A stretch of 64,000 nucleotides of DNA from Eutreptiella sp. 'Long Island Sound 2002' (Eukaryota; Protista; Euglenida), in the NCBI GenBank assembly GCA_964036045.1, contig OZ038379.1, forward strand, positions 18,104,001-18,168,000. Direction: 5' to 3'. Within the stretch, counting starts at the first letter, position 1. Every line of letters begins with the position of its first letter. Below, in pieces: positions 27,501 to 42,500 of this stretch. The notes below the pieces were generated by a model that was given only the letters and a program-made list of their open reading frames with translations, was not told where the DNA came from and did not search any database. Both the position numbers and the translations under genes were made by a program.

Positions 27501-30500
27501 CACGTTGCCCAACAGCCAGCTGTCAGACGCTGCAATCAGGTCAATCACCTCGCTGTGTTCATCTTCCATCAGCTGTTGCCGCACCGCAAGCTCTGTGGAT
27601 GTTAGGTCACTCAGCAGCTTGGCATATCCAATCAGGTCAACCCCATCCTGGATCTGCGCCATCTCCTGCTGCAGCCTTCGGTTCTCATCAACCGCTTCTG
27701 ACAGCATCCTGTCCTTCTCAATCAGCATTGATTCGTACGCAACAAATCGTTGCCCCTGCTCCTCACATCCCACCTGCATGCGTGCGTTCGACTCAGACAT
27801 CTCCAGCATCCGCGCCTGCTGCTCTGCTACCTGAGCGCTCGCAGCAACGGCTCGCTCTGTCTGCTCAGTAACCTGCTGTTGCAACACATCATGCTCCATG
27901 TGTTGCTGCTGAACCACCAGCGACAGTGACGCAGCGCTTTCAGCGCCACGCTCCAGCATCACCCATTCCATGCCCAAACCATGTCGGCATCGGTACTCCT
28001 CAGCGATCAACTCGCCCCGCTGCAGCGTCTCCTGCAGCTCCGTTTCAGATGCAGCGTGTTGCGCTCGCACCCGATCCAGCTCGTTGCGCTGCTCAGCATC
28101 GACCACCGCATGGTACTCACCCAGCTCCACACTGCTTCCCCTCTGGATCTCAAGCAAATCCAAATACTGCTCTTCGAGGATCCTGCAACGCGCAGTCCCT
28201 TCCTCCTCAAGCAGCAACAGCTCCACCACCTGCTGCTCCTTCGCTTGCAGCGACTCCGCAGCTGCACCCGCATCCTCTGAATGCGCAACCATCACCGCCT
28301 GTAGGCCACGGACCGCATCCACATGCTCGGTGTACTCGGCCTCCAGGATTTGCTGTCGCAATGCACGCTCCTCCGCAGCTAAGTCATTCAGCTCAAGCCT
28401 CTCCTCAAGCTCAGCAACTCTCTGCCGCATATGCGCGTTCTCTTGCTCCCACTCCGCATGCTGTCGGTCCTTGTCGGCCAGCTGCATCCGTACCTCCGAG
28501 TACTGGCTTTGTTGTGATTGCAGTGTCCCTTGTAGACTCAACAGTTGCTGCCGCAGCATGGCCTCCGTCATCACGCCAGACGCCATCGTCACATCAAAGA
28601 AGTCGCTGCTCTCCGACTCCTCAATCTGCAGCCGCTCGCTGAGTTCACTGTTCCTCACGTCCCACAACTGCCGCTCCTGCGCAAGATTGGCGGCTGCCGC
28701 ATCCAATTGTGCAGAAGCAAGCTCAACAGCCTGTTGATAGTCGGTGGATGCAGCCGACAACGCACTCCGCAGGCCAGACACGTTGCCCAACAGCCAGCTG
28801 TCAGACGCTGCAATCAGGTCAATCACCTCGCTGTGTTCATCTTCCATCAGCTGTTGCCGCACCGCAAGCTCTGTGGATGTCAGGTCACTCAGCAGCTTGG
28901 CATATCCAATCACGTCAACCCCATCCTGGATCTGCGCCATCTCCTGCTGCAGCCTTCGGTTCTCATCAACCGCTTCTGACAGCATCCTGTCCTTCTCAAT
29001 CAGCATTGATTCGTACGCAACAAATCGTTGCCCCTGCTCCTCACATCCCACCTGCATGCGTGCGTTCGACTCAGACATCTCCAGCATCCGCGCCTGCTGC
29101 TCTGCTACCTGAGCGCTCGCAGCAACGGCTCGCTCTGTCTGCTCAGTAACCTGCTGTTGCAACACATCATGCTCCATCTGTTGCTGCTGAACCACCAGCG
29201 ACAGTGACGCAGCGCTCTCAGCACCACGCTCCAGCATCACCCATTCCATGCCCAAACCATGTCGGCATCGGTACTCCTCAGCGATCAACTCGCCCCGCTG
29301 CAGCGTCTCCTGCAGCTCCGTTTCAGATGCAGCGTGTTGCGCTCGCACCCGATCCAGCTCGTCGCGCTGCTCAGCATCGACCACCGCATGGTACTCACCC
29401 AGCTCCACACTGCTTCCCCTCTGGATCTCAAGCAAATCCAAATACTGCTCTTCGAGGATCCTGCAACGCGCAGTCCCTTCCTCCTCAAGCAGCAACAGCT
29501 CCACCACCTGCTGCTCCTTCGCTTGCAGCGACTCCGCAGCTGCACCCGCATCCTCTGAATGCGCAACCATCACCGCCTGTAGGCCACGGACCGCATCCAC
29601 ATGCTCGGTGTACTCGGCCTCCAGGATTTGCTGTCGCAATGCACACTCCTCCGCAGCTAAGTCATTCAGCTCAAGCCTCTCCTCAAGCTCAGCAACTCTC
29701 TGCCGCATATGCGCGGTCTCTTGCTCCCACTCCGCATGCTGTCGGTCCTTGTCGGCCAGCTGCATCCGTACCTCCGAGTATTGGCTTTGTTGTGATTGCA
29801 GTGTCCCTTGTAGACTCAACAGTTGCTGCCGCAGCATGGCCTCCGTCATCACGCCAGACGCCATCGTCACATCAAAGAAGTCGCTGCTCTCCGACTCCTC
29901 AATCTGCAGCCGCTCGCTGAGTTCACTGTTCCTCACGTCCCACAACTGCCGCTCCTGCGCAAGATTGGCGGCTGCCGCGTCCAATTGTGCAGAAGCAAGC
30001 TCAACAGCCTGTTGATAGTCGGTGGATGCAGCCGACAACGCACTCCGCAGGCCAGACACGTTGCCCAACAGCCAGCTGTCAGACGCTGCAATCAGGTCAA
30101 TCACCTCGCTGTGTTCATCTTCCATCAGCTGTTGCCGCACCGCAAGCTCTGTGGATGTTAGGTCACTCAGCAGCTTGGCATATCCAATCAGGTCAACCCC
30201 ATCCTGGATCTGCGCCATCTCCTGCTGCAGCCTTCGGTTCTCATCAACCGCTTCTGACAGCATCCTGTCCTTCTCAATCAGCATTGATTCGTACGCAACA
30301 AATCGTTGCCCCTGCTCCTCACATCCCACCTGCATGCGTGCGTTCGACTCAGACATCTCCAGCATCCGCGCCTGCTGCTCTGCTACCTGAGCGCTCGCAG
30401 CAACGGCTCGCTCTGTCTGCTCAGTAACCTGCTGTTGCAACACATCATGCTCCATGTGTTGCTGCTGAACCACCAGCGACAGTGACGCAGCGCTTTCAGC

Positions 30501-33500
30501 GCCACGCTCCAGCATCACCCATTCCATGCCCAAACCATGTAGGCATCGGTACTCCTCAGCGATCAACTCGCCCCGCTGCAGCGTCTCCTGCAGCTCCGTT
30601 TCAGATGCAGCGTGTTGCGCTCGCACCCGATCCAGCTCGTCGCGCTGCTCAGCATCGACCACCGCATGGTACTCACCCAGCTCCACACTGCTTCCCCTCT
30701 GGATCTCAAGCAAATCCAAATACTGCTCTTCGAGGATCCTGCAACGCGCAGTCCCTTCCTCCTCAAGCAGCAACAGCTCCACCACCTGCTGCTCCTTCGC
30801 TTGCAGCGACTCCGCAGCTGCACCCGCATCCTCTGAATGCGCAACCATCACCGCCTGTAGGCCACGGACCGCATCCACATGCTCGGTGTACTCGGCCTCC
30901 AGGATTTGCTGTCGCAATGCACGCTCCTCCGCAGCTAAGTCATTCAGCTCAAGCCTCTCCTCAAGCTCAGCAACTCTCTGCCGCATATGCGCGGTCTCTT
31001 GCTCCCACTCCGCATGCTGTCGGTCCTTGTCGGCCAGCTGCATCCGTACCTCCGAGTATTGGCTTTGTTGTGATTGCAGTGTCCCTTGTAGACTCAACAG
31101 TTGCTGCCGCAGCATGGCCTCCGTCATCACGCCAGACGCCATCGTCACATCAAAGAAGTCGCTGCTCTCCGACTCCTCAATCTGCAGCCGCTCGCTGAGT
31201 TCACTGTTCCTCACGTCCCACAACTGCCGCTCCTGCGCAAGATTGGCGGCTGCCGCGTCCAATTGTGCAGAAGCAAGCTCAACAGCCTGTTGATAGTCGG
31301 TGGATGCAGCCGACAACGCACTCCGCAGGCCAGACATGTTGCCCAACAGCCAGCTGTCAGACGCTGCAATCAGGTCAATCACCTCGCTGTGTTCATCTTC
31401 CATCAGCTGTTGCCGCACCGCAAGCTCTGTGGATGTCAGGTCACTCAGCAGCTTGGCATATCCAATCAGGTCAACCCCATCCTGGATCTGCGCCATCTCC
31501 TGCTGCAGCCTTCGGTTCTCATCAACCGCTTCTGACAGCATCCTGTCCTTCTCAATCAGCATTGATTCGTACGCAACAAATCGTTGCCCCTGCTCCTCAC
31601 ATCCCACCTGCATGCGTGCGTTCGACTCAGACATCTCCAGCATCCGCGCCTGCTGCTCTGCTACCTGAGCGCTCGCAGCAACGGCTCGCTCTGTCTGCTC
31701 AGTAACCTGCTGTTGCAACACATCATGCTCCATGTGTTGCTGCTGAACCACCAGCGACAGTGACGCAGCGCTTTCAGCGCCACGCTCCAGCATCACCCAT
31801 TCCATGCCCAAACCATGTCGGCATCGGTACTCCTCAGCGATCAACTCGCCCCGCTGCAGCGTCTCCTGCAGCTCCGTTTCAGATGCAGCGTGTTGCGCTC
31901 GCACCCGATCCAGCTCGTCGCGCTGCTCAGCATCGACCACCGCATGGTACTCACCCAGCTCCACACTGCTTCCCCTCTGGATCTCAAGCAAATCCAAATA
32001 CTGCTCTTCGAGGATCCTGCAACGCGCAGTCCCTTCCTCCTCAAGCAGCAACAGCTCCACCACCTGCTGCTCCTTCGCTTGCAGCGACTCCGCAGCTGCA
32101 CCCGCATCCTCTGAATGCGCAACCATCACCGCCTGTAGGCCACGGACCGCATCCACATGCTCGGTGTACTCGGCCTCCAGGATTTGCTGTCGCAATGCAC
32201 GCTCCTCCGCAGCTAAGTCATTCAGCTCAAGCCTCTCCTCAAGCTCAGCAACTCTCTGCCGCATATGCGCGGTCTCTTGCTCCCACTCCGCATGCTGTCG
32301 GTCCTTGTCGGCCAGCTGCATCCGTACCTCCGAGTACTGGCTTTGTTGTGATTGCAGTGTCCCTTGTAGACTCAACAGTTGCTGCCGCAGCATGGCCTCC
32401 GTCATCACGCCAGACGCCATCGTCACATCAAAGAAGTCGCTGCTCTCCGACTCCTCAATCTGCAGCCGCTCGCTGAGTTCACTGTTCCTCACGTCCCACA
32501 ACTGCCGCTCCTGCGCAAGATTGGCGGCTGCCGCATCCAATTGTGCAGAAGCAAGCTCAACAGCCTGTTGATAGTCGGTGGATGCAGCCGACAACGCACT
32601 CCGCAGGCCAGACACGTTGCCCAACAGCCAGCTGTCAGACGCTGCAATCAGGTCAATCACCTCGCTGTGTTCATCTTCCATCAGCTGTTGCCGCACTGCA
32701 AGCTCTGTGGATGTCAGGTCACTCAGCAGCTTGGCATATCCAATCAGGTCAACCCCATCCTGGATCTGCGCCATCTCCTGCTGCAGCCTTCGGTTCTCAT
32801 CAACTGCTTCTGACAGCATCCTGTCCTTCTCAATCAGCATTGATTCGTACGCAACAAATCGTTGCCCCTGCTCCTCACATCCCACCTGCATGCGTGCGTT
32901 CGCCTCAGACATCACCAGCATCCGCGCCTGCTGCTCTGCTACCTGAGCGCTCGCAGCAACGGCTCGCTCTGTCTGCTCAGTAACCTGCTGTTGCAACACA
33001 TCATGCTCCATCTGTTGCTGCTGAACCACCAGCGACAGTGACGCAGCGCTTTCAGCGCCACGCTCCAGCATCACCCATTCCATGCCCAAACCATGTCGGC
33101 ATCGGTACTCCTCAGCGATCAACTCGCCCCGCTGCAACGTCTCCTGCAGCTCCGTTTCAGATGCAGCGTGTTGCGCTCGCACCCGATCCAGCTCGTTGCG
33201 CTGCTCAGCATCGACCACCGCATGGTACTCACCCAGCTCCACACTGCTTCCCCTCTGGATCTCAAGCAAATCCAAATACTGCTCTTCGAGGATCCTGCAA
33301 CGCGCAGTCCCTTCCTCCTCAAGCAGCAACAGCTCCACCACCTGCTGCTCCTTCGCTTGCAGCGACTCCGCAGCTGCACCCGCATCCTCTGAATGCGCAA
33401 CCATCACCGCCTGTAGGCCACGGACCGCATCCACATGCTCGGTGTACTCGGCCTCCAGGATTTGCTGTCGCAATGCACGCTCCTCCGCAGCTAAGTCATT

Positions 33501-36500
33501 CAGCTCAAGCCTCTCCTCAAGCTCAGCAACTCTCTGCCGCATATGCGCGGTCTCTTGCTCCCACTCCGCATGCTGTCGGTCCTTGTCGGCCAGCTGCATC
33601 CGTACCTCCGAGTACTGGCTTTGTTGTGATTGCAGTGTCCCTTGTAGACTCAACAGTTGCTGCCGCAGCATGGCCTCCGTCATCACGCCAGACGCCATCG
33701 TCACATCAAAGAAGTCGCTGCTCTCCGACTCCTCAATCTGCAGCCGCTCGCTGAGTTCACTGTTCCTCACGTCCCACAATTGTCGGTTGCTAACAACGGT
33801 CATGGCTGCTGCATCCTCAAACGCAGAGGCAATCAGAACAGCTTGCTGGAAATCAGATGATGTTGCTGCCAACGCACGCCGCAGGCCAGACACGTTGCCC
33901 AACAGCCAGCTGTCAGACGCTGCAATCAGGTCAATCACCTCGCTGTGTTCATCTTCCATCAGCTGTTGCCGTCCTGCAAGCTCTGTGGATGTCAGGTCAC
34001 TCAGCAGCTTGGCATATCCAATCAGATCAACCCCATCCTGGATCTGCGCCATCTCCTGCTGCAGCCTTCGGTTCTCATCAACCGCTTCTGACAGCATCCT
34101 GTCCTTCTCAATCAGCATTGATTCGTACGCAACAAATCGTTGCCCCTGCTCCTCACATCCCACCTGCATGCGTGCGTTCGCCTCAGACATCTCCAGCATC
34201 CGCGCCTGCTGCTCTGCTACCTGAGCGCTCGCAGCAACGGCTCGCTCTGTCTGCTCAGTAACCTGCTGTTGCAACACATCATGCTCCATCTGTTGCTGCT
34301 GAACCACCAGCGACAGTGACGCAGCGCTTTCAGCGCCACGCTCCAGCATCACCCATTCCATGCCCAAACCATGTCGGTATCGGTACTCCTCAGCGATCAA
34401 CTCGCCCCGCTGCAACGTCTCCTGCAGCTCCGTTTCAGATGCAGCGTGTTGCGCTCGCACCCGATCCAGCTCGTCGCGCTGCTCAGCATCGACCACCGCA
34501 TGGTACTCACCCAGCTCCACACTGCTTCCCCTCTGGATCTCAAGCAAATCCAAATACTGCTCTTCGAGGATCCTGCAACGCGCAGTCCCTTCCTCCTCAA
34601 GCAGCAACAGCTCCACCACCTGCTGCTCCTTCGCTTGCAGCGACTCCGCAGCTGCACCCGCATCCTCTGAATGCGCAACCGTCACCGCCTGTAGGCCACG
34701 GACCGCATCCACATGCTCGGTGTACTCGGCCTCCAGGATTTGCTGTCGCAATGCACACTCCTCCGCAGCTAAGTCATTCAGCTCAAGCCTCTCCTCAAGC
34801 TCAGCAACTCTCTGCCGCATATGCGCGGTCTCTTGCTCCCACTCCGCATGCTGTCGGTCCTTGTCGGCCAGCTGCATCCGTACCTCCGAGTATTGGCTTT
34901 GTTGTGATTGCAGTGTCCCTTGTAGACTCAACAGTTGCTGCCGCAGCATGGCCTCCGTCATCACGCCAGACGCCATCGTCACATCAAAGAAGTCGCTGCT
35001 CTCCGACTCCTCAATCTGCAGCCGCTCGCTGAGTTCACTGTTCCTCACGTCCCACAACTGCCGCTCCTGCGCAAGATTGGCGGCTGCCGCGTCCAATTGT
35101 GCAGAAGCAAGCTCAACAGCCTGTTGATAGTCGGTGGATGCAGCCGACAACGCACTCCGCAGGCCAGACACGTTGCCCAACAGCCAGCTGTCAGACGCTG
35201 CAATCAGGTCAATCACCTCGCTGTGTTCATCTTCCATCAGCTGTTGCCGCACTGCAAGCTCTGTGGATGTCAGGTCACTCAGCAGCTTGGCATATCCAAT
35301 CAGGTCAACCCCATCCTGGATCTGCGCCATCTCCTGCTGCAGCCTTCGGTTCTCATCAACCGCTTCTGACAGCATCCTGTCCTTCTCAATCAGCATTGAT
35401 TCGTACGCAACAAATCGTTGCCCCTGCTCCTCACATCCCACCTGCATGCGTGCGTTCGCCTCAGACATCTCCAGCATCCGCGCCTGCTGCTCTGCTACCT
35501 GAGCGCTCGCAGCAACGGCTCGCTCTGTCTGCTCAGTAACCTGCTGTTGCAACACATCATGCTCCATCTGTTGCTGCTGAACCACCAGCGACAGTGACGC
35601 AGCGCTCTCAGCACCACGCTCCAGCATCACCCATTCCATGCCCAAACCATGTCGGCATCGGTACTCCTCAGCGATCAACTCGCCCCGCTGCAGCGTCTCC
35701 TGCAGCTCCGTTTCAGATGCAGCGTGTTGCGCTCGCACCCGATCCAGCTCGTCGCGCTGCTCAGCATCGACCACCGCATGGTACTCACCCAGCTCCACAC
35801 TGCTTCCCCTCTGGATCTCAAGCAAATCCAAATACTGCTCTTCGAGGATCCTGCAACGCGCAGTCCCTTCCTCCTCAAGCAGCAACAGCTCCACCACCTG
35901 CTGCTCCTTCGCTTGCAGCGACTCCGCAGCTGCACCCGCATCCTCTGAATGCGCAACCATCACCGCCTGTAGGCCACGGACCGCATCCACATGCTCGGTG
36001 TACTCGGCCTCCAGGATTTGCTGTCGCAATGCACGCTCCTCCGCAGCTAAGTCATTCAGCTCAAGCCTCTCCTCAAGCTCAGCAACTCTCTGCCGCATAT
36101 GCGCGGTCTCTTGCTCCCACTCCGCATGCTGTCGGTCCTTGTCGGCCAGCTGCATCCGCACCTCCGAGTACTGGCTTTGTTGTGATTGCAGTGTCCCTTG
36201 TAGACTCAACAGTTGCTGCCGCAGCATGGCCTCCGTCATCACGCCAGACGCCATCGTCACATCAAAGAAGTCGCTGCTCTCCGACTCCTCAATCTGCAGC
36301 CGCTCGCTGAGTTCACTGTTCCTCACGTCCCACAATTGTCGGTTGCTAACAACGGTCATGGCTGCTGCATCCTCAAACGCAGAGGCAATCAGAACAGCTT
36401 GCTGGAAATCAGATGATGTTGCTGCCAACGCACGCCGCAGGCCAGACACGTTGCCCAACAGCCAGCTGTCAGACGCTGCAATCAGGTCAATCACCTCGCT

Positions 36501-39500
36501 GTGTTCATCTTCCATCAGCTGTTGCCGTCCTGCAAGCTCTGTGGATGTCAGGTCACTCAGCAGCTTGGCATATCCAATCAGATCAACCCCATCCTGGATC
36601 TGCGCCATCTCCTGCTGCAGCCTTCGGTTCTCATCAACCGCTTCTGACAGCATCCTGTCCTTCTCAATCAGCATTGATTCGTACGCAACAAATCGTTGCC
36701 CCTGCTCCTCACATCCCACCTGCATGCGTGCGTTCGCCTCAGACATCTCCAGCATCCGCGCCTGCTGCTCTGCTACCTGAGCGCTCGCAGCAACGGCTCG
36801 CTCTGTCTGCTCAGTAACCTGCTGTTGCAACACATCATGCTCCATCTGTTGCTGCTGAACCACCAGCGACAGTGACGCAGCGCTTTCAGCGCCACGCTCC
36901 AGCATCACCCATTCCATGCCCAAACCATGTCGGTATCGGTACTCCTCAGCGATCAACTCGCCCCGCTGCAACGTCTCCTGCAGCTCCGTTTCAGATGCAG
37001 CGTGTTGCGCTCGCACCCGATCCAGCTCGTCGCGCTGCTCAGCATCGACCACCGCATGGTACTCACCCAGCTCCACACTGCTTCCCCTCTGGATCTCAAG
37101 CAAATCCAAATACTGCTCTTCGAGGATCCTGCAACGCGCAGTCCCTTCCTCCTCAAGCAGCAACAGCTCCACCACCTGCTGCTCCTTCGCTTGCAGCGAC
37201 TCCGCAGCTGCACCCGCATCCTCTGAATGCGCAACCATCACCGCCTGTAGGCCACGGACCGCATCCACATGCTCGGTGTACTCGGCCTCCAGGATTTGCT
37301 GTCGCAATGCACGCTCCTCCGCAGCTAAGTCATTCAGCTCAAGCCTCTCCTCAAGCTCAGCAACTCTCTGCCGCATATGCGCGGTCTCTTGCTCCCACTC
37401 CGCATGCTGTCGGTCCTTGTCGGCCAGCTGCATCCGTACCTCCGAGTACTGGCTTTGCTGTGATTGCAGTGTCCCTTGTAGACTCAACAGTTGCTGCCGC
37501 AGCATGGCCTCCGTCATCACGCCAGACGCCATCGTCACATCAAAGAAGTCGCTGCTCTCCGACTCCTCAATCTGCAGCCGCTCGCTGAGTTCACTGTTCC
37601 TCACGTCCCACAATTGTCGGTTGCTAACAACGGTCATGGCTGCTGCATCCTCAAACGCAGAGGCAATCAGAACAGCTTGCTGGAAATCAGATGATGTCGC
37701 TGCCAACGCACGCCGCAGGCCAGACACGTTGCCCAACAGCCAGCTGTCAGACGCTGCAATCAGGTCAATCACCTCGCTGTGTTCATCTTCCATCAGCTGT
37801 TGCCGTCCTGCAAGCTCTGTGGATGTCAGGTCACTCAGCAGCTTGGCATATCCAATCAGGTCAACCCCATCCTGGATCTGCGCCATCTCCTGCTGCAGCC
37901 TTCGGTTCTCATCAACCGCTTCTGACAGCATCCTGTCCTTCTCAATCAGCATTGATTCGTACGCAACAAATCGTTGCCCCTGCTCCTCACATCCCACCTG
38001 CATGCGTGCGTTCGCCTCAGACATCTCCAGCATCCGCGCCTGCTGCTCTGCTACCTGAGCGCTCGCAGCAACGGCTCGCTCTGTCTGCTCAGTAACCTGC
38101 TGTTGCAACACATCATGCTCCATCTGTTGCTGCTGAACCACCAGCGACAGTGACGCAGCGCTTTCAGCGCCACGCTCCAGCATCACCCATTCCATGCCCA
38201 AACCATGTCGGTATCGGTACTCCTCAGCGATCAACTCGCCCCGCTGCAACGTCTCCTGCAGCTCCGTTTCAGATGCAGCGTGTTGCGCTCGCACCCGATC
38301 CAGCTCGTCGCGCTGCTCAGCATCGACCACCGCATGGTACTCACCCAGCTCCACACTGCTTCCCCTCTGGATCTCAAGCAAATCCAAATACTGCTCTTCG
38401 AGGATCCTGCAACGCGCAGTCCCTTCCTCCTCAAGCAGCAACAGCTCCACCACCTGCTGCTCCTTCGCTTGCAGCGACTCCGCAGCTGCACCCGCATCCT
38501 CTGAATGCGCAACCATCACCGCCTGTAGGCCACGGACCGCATCCACATGCTCGGTGTACTCGGCCTCCAGGATTTGCTGTCGCAATGCACACTCCTCCGC
38601 AGCTAAGTCATTCAGCTCAAGCCTCTCCTCAAGCTCAGCAACTCTCTGCCGCATATGCGCGGTCTCTTGCTCCCACTCCGCATGCTGTCGGTCCTTGTCG
38701 GCCAGCTGCATCCGTACCTCCGAGTACTGGCTTTGTTGTGATTGCAGTGTCCCTTGTAGACTCAACAGTTGCTGCCGCAGCATGGCCTCCGTCATCACGC
38801 CAGACGCCATCGTCACATCAAAGAAGTCGCTGCTCTCCGACTCCTCAATCTGCAGCCGCTCGCTGAGTTCACTGTTCCTCACGTCCCACAATTGTCGGTT
38901 GCTAACAACGGTCATGGCTGCTGCATCCTCAAACGCAGAGGCAATCAGAATAGCTTGCTGGAAATCAGATGATGTTGCTGCCAACGCACGCCGCAGGCCA
39001 GACACGTTGCCCAACAGCCAGCTGTCAGACGCTGCAATCAGGTCAATCACCTCGCTGTGTTCATCTTCCATCAGCTGTTGCCGTCCTGCAAGCTCTGTGG
39101 ATGTCAGGTCACTCAGCAGCTTGGCATATCCAACCAGATCCACCCCATCCTGGATCTGCGCCATCTCCTGCTGCAGCCTTCGGTTCTCATCAACCGCTTC
39201 TGACAGCATCCTGTCCTTCTCAATCAGCATTGATTCGTACGCAACAAATCGTTGCCCCTGCTCCTCACATCCCACCTGCATGCGTGCGTTCGACTCAGAC
39301 ATCTCCAGCATCCGCGCCTGCTGCTCTGCTACCTGAGCGCTCGCAGCAACGGCTCGCTCTGTCTGCTCAGTAACCTGCTGTTGCAACACATCATGCTCCA
39401 TCTGTTGCTGCTGAACCACCAGCGACAGTGACGCAGCGCTTTCAGCGCCACGCTCCAGCATCACCCATTCCATGCCCAAACCATGTCGGTATCGGTACTC

Positions 39501-42500
39501 CTCAGCGATCAACTCGCCCCGCTGCAACGTCTCCTGCAGCTCCGTTTCAGATGCAGCGTGTTGCACTCGCACCCGATCCAGCTCGTCGCGCTGCTCAGCA
39601 TCGACCACCGCATGGTACTCACCCAGCTCCACACTGCTTCCCCTCTGGATCTCAAGCAAATCCAAATACTGCTCTTCGAGGATCCTGCAACGCGCAGTCC
39701 CTTCCTCCTCAAGCAGCAACAGCTCCACCACCTGCTGCTCCTTCGCTTGCAGCGACTCCGCAGCTGCACCCGCATCCTCTGAATGCGCAACCATCACCGC
39801 CTGTAGGCCACGGACCGCATCCACATGCTCGGTGTACTCGGCCTCCAGGATTTGCTGTCGCAATGCACACTCCTCCGCAGCTAAGTCATTCAGCTCAAGC
39901 CTCTCCTCAAGCTCAGCAACTCTCTGCCGCATATGCGCGGTCTCTTGCTCCCACTCCGCATGCTGTCGGTCCTTGTCGGCCAGCTGCATCCGTACCTCCG
40001 AGTACTGGCTTTGTTGTGATTGCAGTGTCCCTTGTAGACTCAACAGTTGCTGCCGCAGCATGGCCTCCGTCATCACGCCAGACGCCATCGTCACATCAAA
40101 GAAGTCGCTGCTCTCCGACTCCTCAATCTGCAGCCGCTCGCTGAGTTCACTGTTCCTCACGTCCCACAATTGTCGGTTGCTAACAACGGTCATGGCTGCT
40201 GCATCCTCAAACGCAGAGGCAATCAGAATAGCTTGCTGGAAATCAGATGATGTTGCTGCCAACGCACGCCGCAGGCCAGACACGTTGCCCAACAGCCAGC
40301 TGTCAGACGCTGCAATCAGGTCAATCACCTCGCTGTGTTCATCTTCCATCAGCTGTTGCCGTCCTGCAAGCTCTGTGGATGTCAGGTCACTCAGCAGCTT
40401 GGCATATCCAATCAGATCAACTGCATCCTGGATCTGCGCCATCTCCTGCTGCAGCCTTCGGTTCTCATCAACCGCTTCTGACAGCATCCTGTCCTTCTCA
40501 ATCAGCATTGATTCGTACGCAACAAATCGTTGCCCCTGCTCCTCACATCCCACCTGCATGCGTGCGTTCGACTCAGACATCTCCAGCATCCGCGCCTGCT
40601 GCTCTGCTACCTGAGCGCTCGCAGCAACGGCTCGCTCTGTCTGCTCAGTAACCTGCTGTTGCAACACATCATGCTCCATCTGTTGCTGCTGAACCACCAG
40701 CGACAGTGACGCAGCGCTTTCAGCGCCACGCTCCAGCATCACCCATTCCATGCCCAAACCATGTCGGTATCGGTACTCCTCAGCGATCAACTCGCCCCGC
40801 TGCAACGTCTCCTGCAGCTCCGTTTCAGATGCAGCGTGTTGCACTCGCACCCGATCCAGCTCGTCGCGCTGCTCAGCATCGACCACCGCATGGTACTCAC
40901 CCAGCTCTACACTGCTTCCCCTCTGGATCTCAAGCAAATCCAAATACTGCTCTTCGAGGATCCTGCAACGCGCAGTCCCTTCCTCCTCAAGCAGCAACAG
41001 CTCCACCACCTGCTGCTCCTTCGCTTGCAGCGACTCCGCAGCTGCACCCGCATCCTCTGAATGCGCAACCATCACCGCCTGTAGGCCACGGACCGCATCC
41101 ACATGCTCGGTGTACTCGGCCTCCAGGATTTGCTGTCGCAATGCACGCTCCTCCGCAGCTAAGTCATTCAGCTCAAGCCTCTCCTCAAGCTCAGCAACTC
41201 TCTGCCGCATATGCGCGGTCTCTTGCTCCCACTCCGCATGCTGTCGGTCCTTGTCGGCCAGCTGCATCCGTACCTCCGAGTACTGGCTTTGTTGTGATTG
41301 CAGTGTCCCTTGTAGACTCAACAGTTGCTGCCGCAGCATGGCCTCCGTCATCACGCCAGACGCCATCGTCACATCAAAGAAGTCGCTGCTCTCCGACTCC
41401 TCAATCTGCAGCCGCTCGCTGAGTTCACTGTTCCTCACGTCCCACAATTGTCGGTTGCTAACAACGGTCATGGCTGCTGCATCCTCAAACGCAGAGGCAA
41501 TCAGAATAGCTTGCTGGAAATCAGATGATGTTGCTGCCAACGCACGCCGCAGGCCAGACACGTTGCCCAACAGCCAGCTGTCAGACGCTGCAATCAGGTC
41601 AATCACCTCGCTGTGTTCATCTTCCATCAGCTGTTGCCGCACCGCAAGCTCTGTGGATGTCAGGTCACTCAGCAGCTTGGCATATCCAACCAGATCCACC
41701 CCATCCTGGATCTGCGCCATCTCCTGCTGCAGCCTTCGGTTCTCATCAACCGCTTCTGACAGCATCCTGTCCTTCTCAATCAGCATTGATTCGTACGCAA
41801 CAAATCGTTGCCCCTGCTCCTCACATCCCACCTGCATGCGTGCGTTCGACTCAGACATCTCCAGCATCCGCGCCTGCTGCTCTGCTACCTGAGCGCTCGC
41901 AGCAACGGCTCGCTCTGTCTGCTCAGTAACCTGCTGTTGCAACACATCATGCTCCATCTGTTGCTGCTGAACCACCAGCGACAGTGACGCAGCGCTTTCA
42001 GCGCCACGCTCCAGCATCACCCATTCCATGCCCAAACCATGTCGGTATCGGTACTCCTCAGCGATCAACTCGCCCCGCTGCAACGTCTCCTGCAGCTCCG
42101 TTTCAGATGCAGCGTGTTGCGCTCGCACCCGATCCGGCTCGTCGCGCTGCTCAGCATCGACCACCGCATGGTACTCACCCAGCTCCACACTGCTTCCCCT
42201 CTGGATCTCAAGCAAATCCAAATACTGCTCTTCGAGGATCCTGCAACGCGCAGTCCCTTCCTCCTCAAGCAGCAACAGCTCCACCACCTGCTGCTCCTTC
42301 GCTTGCAGCGACTCCGCAGCTGCACCCGCATCCTCTGAATGCGCAACCATCACCGCCTGTAGGCCACGGACCGCATCCACATGCTCGGTGTACTCGGCCT
42401 CCAGGATTTGCTGTCGCAATGCACGCTCCTCCGCAGCTAAGTCATTCAGCTCAAGCCTCTCCTCAAGCTCAGCAACTCTCTGCCGCATATGCGCGGTCTC

